DNA of 64,000 bases from Malacoraja senta (lineage: Eukaryota): positions 133,610,001 through 133,674,000 of the forward strand of contig CM075977.1 of assembly GCA_038087875.1 (NCBI GenBank), in the 5' to 3' direction. The notes under the pieces were generated by a model. That model saw nothing but the letters and a program-made list of their open reading frames with translations. It did no database searches and was not told the DNA's origin. The translations under genes were made by a program, and so were the position numbers. Of the stretch, positions 51,188-61,589 are shown piece after piece; position 1 is the first letter of the stretch, and every line of letters begins with the position of its first letter.

Positions 51188-51692
51188 GGGTAGCTAGCCC
51201 ATGACGGCCCCAGTGGGGTCTGTTCCCTCCTGTCAGCTGTCTCTCCAAGCTGTCACATGGACTTTCCCATGTTGTCAGCTGTCCTTTCACAGCAGTCACT
51301 GGACGAGTCCAGCTTCCTAAACCGTACATTTGCTTCCTTTTATTTCTGACTAAATTTGTAACGTCTCTTACTATACAAGGTTCCCGAACCTGGCCATCCT
51401 TGTCTGTCTTCCTCATGGGAATTTGTTGGTGATGAATTCTGACCAGCTGGCCTTAAAATACTCCCAAATATGTCAAATGTGGACATCCAATAACAGCTGC
51501 TCCCAAACTATTCTCCCCAGTCATTGCCTAATACTGCTGTATTTATCCTATTCCCCAAGTTGGTTCTTTCCCCTGAGGCCAAATCTTATCCTTATCCATA
51601 ACTACTTGAAAACTTATGGCATTCTGATCACTCCATAAATGGATGAACAGAGACATTTTTTAAAAATTGAGTGAGACCTGACAACTTTCTCC

Positions 51693-51867
51693 CCTGATCG
51701 AGAGATAATGCTGAAGTAACTCCAGGAGCATCTCTGGAGAGAAGGTGAATCTCTGGATAAAAAGGTGAATGAAGAATCTCCTTTACTCCAGAGGTGTTGC
51801 CTGATCCACTGAGTTACTCCAGCATTTTGTGTCTATCTGATACAAACCAGCTGCAGTTTCTTTCTAC
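51693..51867. mobile_element. Fold-back Penelope-derived mini-element
   Basis: Inverted module arms. TSD ACAACTT(T/C)CTCC at 51681-51692 and 51868-51879. Confidence 0.6.
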
Positions 51868-53442
51868 ACAACTTCCTCCTTTGCTTCTTTTAATTGACCG
51901 AGATATATGGTATCTTGGCCGTGATTTATCAATTTTCAAAGAAAAATAAAATACTCCTTTTACTGTGGTAGGTAGGAAATAAACAGCATCTTAAAGGTTG
52001 AATAAGTTAATAAGTTCATAAGTGATAGGAACAGAATTAGGCCATTCATCCCATCACGTCTACTCGACCATCCAATAATGGTTGATTTATCTTCCCCTCT
52101 TATCCCCATTCTCCTGCCTTCTCCCTATAACCCCTGACACCTGTACTAATTTAATGGGAATGGGAAGCAGAAAGGTCTAGAGACAGAATTCCAGTTGAAG
52201 GCATGATTGCCTTAGGGGAATGATTAGAATCGAAGGTGTGAAGAGGGTTATGTGGGAACATCTCTCCCATGGTCTTCACTCTGCTTCTGACCGTGGACGT
52301 CATAAAGGCAGCTCTAGGGATGGAGCACCCTCTCCCCTGTAGTTTATTAAGTAATGGAGCTGCTCCTGCTGCCTCTGTTTCTGGCTGTGCTTGACCTCAA
52401 AGTTCCAATTGTAACTTGTGTCATTTGTGGTGATGAAAGGGTTGCCATAAATGTCGTCCCTCCAGTGGTCTGTTTTTCGCCATAATATAAATAGCTGGCT
52501 ACATTTGCTGGCAGCAAGGATTTGGTATGTGGCTCAAAACAGTGGTACGTTTGTCACGTGTGGTGAAATGGGTGTTGAGGTATGGGTGATGGGGATAAGG
52601 CAGGAGAATGGGGTTAGGAGGGAGATATAGATCAGCCATGATTAAATGGTGGAGTAGACTTGATGTGCCGAATGGCCTAATTCTGTTCCCATCACTTATG
52701 TGAACTTATGAAACGATTCTTCATTAAGCCAGCGTACAGTCCCGATTTCCCAACCGTTCTCTTCTTTTGATCTTGGATCTTTTCTCTGGCAATGCTGATA
52801 AATTACATTCTGCACTGTGGTATTTTTGCCTTCATTGTGCCTGCTGTACTTGTGTATGTTTTGATTGCATTCATGTGTAGTGTTATTTGATTTGGTTAGA
52901 TTGGTCATGAACAAATGCTTTTCACTGTATCTCCGTACATGTGACAATAATACTGATACAAACATAAGGTACAAATCATGACTGGCAGAGATCATTGGCA
53001 TATGAGAAATGGAACCATAGTGCTTTGCACAGGGTCTGGGGTTAGTAGTTCAACTGGTGCCATGAACTTCTTTGACTATTAACTTTAGTTAATATTTCTC
53101 TTGGGCCTTTTGGTTCTCAGCAAATTACTATAGCTTTCCAATTTCCCAACCAAGGCCTTCAATGGTGCAGTATTGGCAAATCCCTAAGTTCACTCACTCA
53201 CCTGCTGTGCTTAATATAATTTGCCAACATATCAACCTCAGTGTCACCACCATTCACTATCACTTTAAGGATGAGTTAAAGGCTGGTTTGAACTGTTGTT
53301 GACGATTGTCATCCTGGTGAAGTAATAAGGTGAACAACATTCTGATTGATGTTAGTTGGATACAGGAATCAATATAATGAAAAAGCAGAATTAGCTTTTA
53401 AGTACATAACTTGGACAGGGTCAGACTGGATCAGTCCAAAGG

Positions 53443-53748
53443 TGATACAGTGGCACAATGGTAAAGTTGCTGCCTTCCAGCGCTAACAACCTGTGTTTGA
53501 TCCTGACGATGGGTGTTGTCCGTATAGAGTTTGTACATTCTCACTGTGACCACGTGGGTTTTCTCCTGGTGTGCCGGTTTCCTCCCACACTCCAAAGAAG
53601 TACAGGTTTGTAGGTTAAATAGCTTCAGTAAGTTGTAAAATTGTCCCTAGTATGAAGGATAGTGCTAGTGTATGGGGTGATTGCTGGTCAGTGTGGACTC
53701 AGTAGGCCGAAGGGCTTGTTTCCGCTCTGTATCTCTGAAGTTTAAAGT
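53443..53748 (+). mobile_element. HE1/V-SINE-like SINE
   Basis: tRNA-like head, ccggtttcctcccacactccaaaga core and CR1-like tail gaagggcttgtttcc. Confidence 0.85.
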
Positions 53749-53764
53749 TGGGTATTGGAAGATA

Positions 53765-54173
53765 TACTCCCCTTTGGATTGCAACCTTGTCGTGGTTGGG
53801 GAGCTTGTGTGTCTCAGTGACCCCTAGAGCTATGCCAGCGGGAGATTCGTCTCCTGTTAGGGTCTCCCATGCTGGACAGGTCGAAGGGTAGAGGCGAGAC
53901 GAAGAACGATCCACTGGTCCTCCAGGTTGGAGGTTGAGCACACTAACAACCTGTCTCGTAAAACAAATATGTTATGGAAACAGCAACTGAAGGAATCAAC
54001 ACTACTGGGCGTGAATGACTTCCAGGGCCATCAACAGATGCTAGGAGGAAATGAAAACAATGGACCTGACCTGGGGTAGTGTCCAGAAGCTAGCCCAGAA
54101 CAGACAGGAGTGGAGGACCTTCATTGCTGCCCTACATGCCAGGAGGCATAATAGGCAGCAAGTAAGTAAGTAA
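53765..54173 (+). mobile_element. Bipartite RTE-derived non-autonomous element (5' UTR fused to 3' end)
   Basis: 11-bp TSD ATTGGAAGATA (53754-53764, 54174-54184). The 3' part encodes EMKTMDLTWGSVQKLAQNRQEWRTFIAALHARRH (RTE-type C-terminus) and ends in (AAGT)n. Confidence 0.85.
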
Positions 54174-54289
54174 ATTGGAAGATAGCATATTGCAATCCCT
54201 GTCATTTTGATGACCATGCAATTTAGCTAACAATAACTACATGTAGGTTGGGGTAGGATGACGGAGGGGAGGAGACATTCTGCATCCCG

Positions 54290-54610
54290 CTCTGGAGACC
54301 TACTCTCTGAAATCTAAACTGAGAATCCAGAGTAGTACTGAGGGAGTATTGCACTGGCAGATGCGCCATTACATGAGGGGTTAAATCGGTATCTTGTTTA
54401 CTCGGCCTACTGATGAATGCTAAAGATTTCCATGGCATTATTTTGAAGAAGAGGGGTATTATGCTTTATCTTAGGCAATATTATCCCTCAGTCAATAGCA
54501 CTGAAGTAAATAATGAGGTTATATTATATTGCTGTTTATGGGAGCTTTCTTAATGTAACTTGGTTTCCATGCTGCTTATATTTACATTAGTAACTACACT
54601 TCAAGAGTTC
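54290..54610 (+). mobile_element. Ancient SacSINE1/LF-SINE-like relic
   Basis: agtactgagggagtattgcactg...aaagatttccatggcattattttgaagaaga...attgctgtttatgggagc...actacacttcaa, recognised from memory of that consensus. Confidence 0.6.
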
Positions 54611-57369
54611 TTCAAAGAGTCGTACAACACAGAAACAGGCCTTTGACTCAGAGTCCATACCAACCAACAAGCACCCACTTATACTAATCCTACACACATC
54701 CCAATCAACCCTCAGATTCGACCACGCATCTATACACTAGTGACAATTTACAGGGGCCAATTAACCTATCAACTGGCACATCTTTCCGATCACCACGGAA
54801 AAACCATGCAGCTACTTGGAGAATATGCAAACTCCACACAACTTGCACTGGAGATCAGGATTAAACCCGAGTCACCAAAACTCCAAAAGCATTTATGTTT
54901 TATTCTCTGTTTATATGGATTCAACGAAGAGAGCAATTGTTGCACCCCAACGTCAGAGTAGTGGTTCAAATAAAATAGTTGAAAACAATACCAATTTTCT
55001 TGTCAATTATAAAATAATTTTATCTTAAAGTCTTGATTTTATCAATTTACTTTATTAGACTTTTTTGTACTTTGTTAATTTAATGTGAAGGTACAGTTGT
55101 GTTACACTACCTCTTGGGGGTTATTTAGTTTTGGTGATACAGCGGGCCACCAGAGGTTAATGCCAATGGTCTGATCATTTGGCCTTGTCCTGTGACGCTG
55201 TACAAAATGCTAGTGCTGATGGCACTGCTTTTTTATGGAAGTTGGTTATAGATTTCCTCAATTTTAAACACCAATAACCAGACTCATTTGGAATTGTGCC
55301 CTTTTTTTATTAGATTGCATCATGCGTCCATTCAGCTGATGGTTCTTCATGCAATGCATGGGTCTGCTTATTCCTGACTTCCACACCAAAGCATTGCAAG
55401 CCTGAATTCAAGAACATGACATTGGGGGGGGGGGGGGGGAGGTGGCTGTGGGGTGGAGCTGAGGGGGGGGGGGGGGGGTGCAGCCTGAGGGGGGGGGAGT
55501 GTGGCCTGAGAAGGAGGGAGCAGCCTGAGGGGGAGGGAGTGGGTAGGGGGGGGGTGTGGGGGGGGCAGATTCTTGTTCATTTGACTTCCCACACCACATT
55601 CAAATATAGCACTGCGTTCTGGGTTGAGCTGGTGCTGAGCTGAGGAACAAGGAGTGTTTTGCATTCAACTTCCGAACTTTATCCCAGCCATTATTTTTAA
55701 GAGGCCTTAGAAAAGTATCTGAAACTGTTAGATTAGTATGAACATTCACTGACATGTTACCTGTAAAGTGGTCAATAATCCATCTCTGACCTCAGAACAA
55801 AATCTACTTCAGCATTTCTGAATATTAATAACTACATGGCTATTGGGCATTCTGTAAGCAGAAAAATAACACAAATTCTGTTTTAGGGTAAAGCAGATTA
55901 AACCAATTACTTCATCAGTAATCCAATCCACTTGTGCTTGACTTCATGGTGTTTTTGGAAACAAATTTGGAAAACAAGCCAAAAATCTTTAAAATTAGGA
56001 TATTTTGAATCAGACCAGAAAGATTACTTCTGGAAATGCTTTGCGCTTTCTGCAATGCTTCTTGCCAGGCATTTTGACAGGATCCATATAAAGTGAAATA
56101 TTGAGCAGTTTGTAATTTTTGAAAGTTATGACATTTTTTGTCTTATAGTTGATGTTAGTTAGTTTATCCAGAGCTGTAATATTTCAAAATGTTCTGGGTA
56201 GAAAGGCTTTATAAAATGAATTGTTACTGTACTTTAAATTTTTTTGCACAACTTTGGATTGCACTACAAATTTGCACCATTCACTGTTTTGCACTAGCCA
56301 TGTTTATTGTTGTATTTATCATAACTGTTTTCTCTGTGAGCTTTATGTGAGCAAGGAATTTAATTGCACCATGATATATATGGCAATAGACTAATCTGAT
56401 TTTGTTCTATTTATTTGTAATGTTTAACAATTAGTCATTGTGTGTATGATGTTAATTAGTTTGTACGTTGTTTAGGCTCTAACCTTTGGCCAATTTTAAT
56501 CATGACAATTAAGTAACAAGCTACAAACAATTGTGAGCACAGCCATAACAAGATTAATCATTATAAAAGAGATAAAATGAAAGTTGTGGGACATGGAAGT
56601 CAGCACAAAGCTATGGAGTAAGCAATGTATTGGTCACATTAAGTGATAACCCGTTCACACGGGGTATAGACTTTCAGTTGACATCCTTTATTCTTGAGTC
56701 TGGACATTCTCTCAAACACAGATGCCCGTAACTTCATTATAACTATGCAATGTATCAGTGGAATACAAAATGCAGGCAAGGTTGGAAATAATTAAGTTGG
56801 GCAGCATCTAGGGATGGAGAAACACGAGGAAAGAGAAAAATCTAAAACCGCCTTGCAGTTAGCTTCCAGCTTGGTCTATTTTTGTTTCAGGTTTTTAATA
56901 TTGCTGTTTTATTGATTTTAATGTACAAATGGAATGTTGTTCATTATAAAATGCGTATTAACAGAAATTGGTGAGGAAGCGTACACCATGTCTATGTTGG
57001 AGTTGGAAATAATGTAATAAATTAATAAAGAAAATGTCAAGAAATCTTATGCGCGTTTGTGTATTTCTTGGAAGGAGATTGTGAAAACTTTTAGTTTAAT
57101 TAATTACTGAAGGAACAAATTCTTATAGTTAGTTGCTTTGTTGATGTGGGTAGGTATTGTTTACTTTCTTTACTGCTTGGCGTATATATATAGGCAACCT
57201 CTACTAATGTTCCAAAAATGACAATCAAAAACGTAGAACTAATTACTTGATTATTTAATTTATGTTTTTTTTATAAATATAAATTTATATTAAAAAAGGG
57301 TAATTTATAAAAGTTTAATTAATTAAAAAAAATATATATTACATTTCGGTTATGTTTTCAGTGATATGG

Positions 57370-57645
57370 TGTGGAAACGGGCCCTTTGGCCCATCGAGTC
57401 TGTGCAGACCAACGATTACCCATACACTAATTCTATCCTATACACCAGGGACAATTTACAGAAGCCAATTAACCTACAAATTTGCACGCCTTTGGAATGT
57501 GGGAGGAAACCTGAGCACCCTGAGAAAACCCAAGTGGTCACAGGGCGAACATACAAGCTCCGTGCAAAAGGCACCCGTAGTCAGGATCGAGCCCGGGTCT
57601 CTGGCGCTGTAGGGCAACAACTCTCCGCTGCGCCACTGTGCCAGA
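57370..57645 (-). mobile_element. HE1/V-SINE-like SINE
   Basis: ORF-free SINE core gtgggaggaaacctgagcac and tRNA head ctgcgccactgtgcc. Confidence 0.85.
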
Positions 57646-59439
57646 TGAATTAACATTTGCCTATAATTCCATTCCAGCTATTTGTGCATGTGTCTGGCCT
57701 TCCCTAGTTTAAATGGTGATTGAACTAAAAGCATTATTCAACATCAACCCGGTTGCTACACTAACTCTGCAGTGTGCCCGCATTTGATTCCTCCCTGTAG
57801 TCTTTAATATTCTTTATTCTGTCAAATAGTTCTATTCAGCTCTTTTTAAAAATAAAGTTCTTACCTTTGGGGCTTTTCTCCATGAATTAATCTACTCTGT
57901 GTGTTTACCATTGAATTCCTATTCCTACTTCTGACAAAAACCGTGTGGTTACTAATATGTGGCCCACATGTATGTGTTGTGTATTACATTCTCAGTTTTC
58001 TGAGGTAAATGTTCATCTTTAAGTGCAAAGCATCGCTTGGCTGGAGGGTAGAGAAGCTGCTTCATCCTGTTTTCCCTGTCACCGATTAACCTTTTACTCA
58101 CAGCGTGACCTTGTCACTGCCTGTTAAGTATTCTTTCTTACCCTATTTATTTCCTGCAGTTAAAAGTGAATTATCTATTTGCAACTAATAATACAAAACC
58201 CTGCAGGTTAATATCAAACAAAACTGCATCCTATGATGTAATTAGATTGTATGCAGACACCTGGTCCTTGTATTCCTTGCCTGTATGTGTAGGGGAAGGA
58301 ATCAAATACCATTTCTAATGTCGTAATAATAAATGAATGCCAGATTCCTGCAAATACATTACCATGATGTGCAAATATATAGAATATTGATCCACAGTGC
58401 TCAATACTGCAAAGAAGAGTTGCAGTAAAATGTGGGTGACAGGAACTGAAGAACTGCTTGTGATCAATGGTGATAATCGGTAATTAATTATAGAAGATAT
58501 AAAATGAAGAACGAAATGAATATGCCCAGTGAAATAGTTAAACTGCAGTTTCAGATTATTATCAGTCTCTCATCTCATCTGCTACATCAGTCGGGTATGT
58601 CATTGTGCTTCAGTGGGCCTGTGAAGTAAAGGATCAGAATTCCCTGAGATAAATTCTAATAAGTTGCCATCGATGGAAAGTATGTGATTAGTAAAGACCC
58701 GAAATTACATTTGATCGGAACTTTTTATGTCAAATTGATGTCAAAGGTCAAGTACAAGGTTAAAGGTTGGACAAGATTCCAGAAAGCCAGTTGGTGTTCC
58801 CAATGTGAGTGCTGATAGAATGATAGAAATTTAGAACCAAATTTGTAGAACAGAGTCAGTGTTTGATGCTACTCTGCATTGCCTCAGAGTACTGATACGA
58901 CTGAAATCATCCCTCCCTTTTGAAGCAATAGGAAAAAATAATAGTATTTTGTTTCAATTCATGTTTCTGTTTTGGGCCACTTACTTTTCCATTTAGGACA
59001 ATACGTTCAAGGTAAAAATATTTGACACTCTGCTCTTCCATGGCTTAGGGACGTGTGCTGATGTATCATGTCTGAAAAGCCTTTGCTCTAGGATTTAGAA
59101 AAATAGAAACATAGAAAATAGGTGCAGGAGTAGGTCATTTGGCCAGCACCGCCATTCAATATGATCATGGCTGATCATTCAGAATCAGTACCCCCTGATT
59201 CCACCCCCTCCCCCCGTATCCCTTGATTCCCTTAGCCCTAAGAGCTATTAAGATTCCTAAGAGCTCTATCCATCCCAACAGCCAATCACGACATTTCCCT
59301 AATGCCTCAACCTGATCCTTCAGCCCACAGAGTCCACGCTGAACAACGATCAGTTTGTAGGTTAATTGGCTTTGTTAAATTGTCCTTAGTGTGTGGGATA
59401 GTGCTAGTATCCACGCTGTATCCCTAAACTAAACTAAAC

Positions 59440-60246
59440 TAGAGTTTAAGGCCTAACATGTTGAGTTAATTTGGATTAAATATGGTATTTAAGACAATTT
59501 TAAGTATGAAATGCAAAATAACCTTTTCCTAAATATTTTCCCTTGGAGATATTGGAGCGGGGTAGTGGGGGAGAGGAAGGGGGAGAGGAGGGAAGGGTGG
59601 GGGAGAGGAAGAGGGGTGGAGGAGAGAAGAGGGAGAGGAGGGGGGAAAAGAGAAGGAGAGGGCGGACTTGAACTCGGCGAGCGGGCGGCGCGGCGGGGCC
59701 ACCTACGACCAGGCGGCAGGCCTCGGCAGCTCTCGGGACTTCTCTGGACCTCTCTGGACCTCGCGGGACCTCTGAAGCCCTTGGAAACCCAACCAAATTA
59801 CTGAGTGATCAGCGGCTTCAATCCAGAGCCCTGGGGCAGAGAGGGCGGGGCGCTGCGGATGGCCGGCCGGCCGAGTGCGAGTTATGCTGGGGGGGGGGGT
59901 GGTTACATCATGCGCAGCTCGTGGAAAACAGTGGCCAGCCGTCTGCGCGTTGAAATCTCTGCGCAGCTGGCCGCGAGGAGCAGAGCCATTGTGACCTCAT
60001 CAGCTCGTTAGCTTCAGCTCGTTAACTTCAAAAATAGATCTCAGATTGGCGAAGACTTTGAAGAAATAACTCGGGAAATAATTAATCAAATTTTCAGATG
60101 AGACTATTTTCGAGATCATGAGGTAAATCTCTACTGGAATATGCAAAAATGTCACCGTTAGCGCGTCGGGTTTTCGAGGAGATGTGAATCACACACAAGC
60201 AAACAAATAAATACGTAAACATCCAAGATCAGAGTTTTATAATATA
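59440..60246 (-). mobile_element. Helitron-like non-autonomous element A (3' end unclear)
   Basis: 60060-60200 resembles 61280-61410 of the adjacent Helitron (gggaaataatt...atatg.aaaa...ttttcgagga). Confidence 0.5.
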
Positions 60247-60459
60247 ACTAGACCAAGTGGAGACCCGTTGGGTCTGTTCCCCCAACGTGCGGTTGCGGGG
60301 GGGGGGGGGGAGTGGGGGGACGGCATGTGGCGTCACACACACTAACTACCACCACGCACACACGTTAACTACCCCCCTTGATATTATATTAATATTATTA
60401 ATTTGCTCCTTTTACCCCATAACCGCCCTATCCACTGACGCATAGCCCCCAACACGTCT

Positions 60460-61025
60460 AGAGGGGGAGGCAGAGAGTGAGGGCAGAGAGAGAATGGGGA
60501 TAGATAGAGAGAGTGGGACAGAGACAGAAGAGCAAGAGACAGAGGGAGAGGGGAGTGGAGGAGAGGATGGGTGGTTGAGGGGGTGACGGGGGGAGGAGGG
60601 GAGAGGGAGAGAGTGGGGAGGTGGAGATGGGGAAAGAGCGGGGAGGGGGAGATGGAGAGAGAGTGGGGAGGGGGAGGAGAGGGGAGGGGAAGGGAGAGAG
60701 AGGGGGATGGGGAGGGTAGGAGAGTGGGGAGGGTGAAGGGGAGACGGGGAGGGTGAAGGGGAGACGGGTAGGGGAAGGAGGTGGTAGAGGGGGAAGGGTG
60801 GGTGAGGGGTGTAGAGGGGGGTGGGGGAAGGGTAGGGGAGAGGGGAGGGGTGGGGGAGGAGGGGGAGAGGGGAGAGGGGGAGGGGAGAGGAGAGGGGAGG
60901 AAGTGGGGGAGGGGAGAGTTGGCGAGAGAGTTGAGGGGGAGAGAGAGGAGGGGGAGAGAGAGAGAAGGGGTAGGGAGAGAGGAAGGGGGGAGAGAGAGAA
61001 GAGTGGGGGAGGGATGGGGAGAGAT
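60460..61025 (+). repeat. Polypurine (G/A-rich) low-complexity tract
   Basis: About 560 bp of almost pure G/A. Confidence 0.95.
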
Positions 61026-61410
61026 CTCCCACCCCTGTCCCATTGTGATATCATATGTAAATGATATCCATTGTGATTGGACGTCTGTGAGATGGCACTG
61101 TGACTCATGCAGCAGTTTGGTTTCAGTTGGACCACGTGAAGGTTCCAATCTCCCACACCTGTCCCATTGTGATGGCATATGTAAATGAGATCCATTGTGA
61201 TTGGACGTCTGTGAGGTGGCACTGTGACTCATGCAGCAGTTTGATTTTAATTTTTTTTTATGTATTGTGAACCATTTTATTCAAAATCTGGGGAAATAAT
61301 TGACGAAATCTAGAGAGGAGTGGATTTCAGAAATCATAAGTTTAATCACTACCGAAATATGTAAAATTCTCCGCGTTTTTGCATCTGATTTTCGAGGAAA
61401 TACGTTTCAC

Positions 61411-61568
61411 NNNNNNNNNNNNNNNNNNNNNNNNNNNNNNNNNNNNNNNNNNNNNNNNNNNNNNNNNNNNNNNNNNNNNNNNNNNNNNNNNNNNNNNNNN
61501 NNNNNNNNNNNNNNNNNNNNNNNNNNNNNNNNNNNNNNNNNNNNNNNNNNNNNNNNNNNNNNNNNNNN
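61411..61568. other. Assembly gap (N run)
   Basis: 158 N. Confidence 1.
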
Positions 61569-61589
61569 AGTATATAGATAGATAGATTA

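Larger units (their letters stand above)
47372..51309 (-). mobile_element. Hero-clade non-LTR retrotransposon (RT plus restriction-like endonuclease), apparently full length
   Basis: Bounded by a direct repeat at 47259-47371 and 51310-51421. Single-ORF architecture: N-terminal zinc finger, RT, CCHC, RLE. Confidence 0.9.
46880..51640 (-). mobile_element. Old CR1 fragment that hosts the Hero insertion
   Basis: ORF 46974..47177 (ENPKVFY...KRVTWERIGSLKD). CR1-like sequence continues at 51310-51640. Confidence 0.65.
60248..61586 (-). mobile_element. Helitron-like non-autonomous element B
   Basis: The minus strand ends with the hairpin AGACCC-AAC-GGGTCT about 9 nt before CTAG|T. The probable 5' TC terminus (TCTATATACT) lies just past the gap at 61578-61586. 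No TSD. Confidence 0.7.

Noticed and set aside
48404-51197. + strand ORFs over the Hero element
   Set aside because: Antisense shadows with no recognisable motifs.
60384-61232. Long Pro/Ser/Leu-rich and Gly/Glu/Arg-rich ORFs (up to 282 aa)
   Set aside because: Artefacts of a stop-free polypurine tract.
61300-61585. ORFs spanning X residues
   Set aside because: They run through the N gap.
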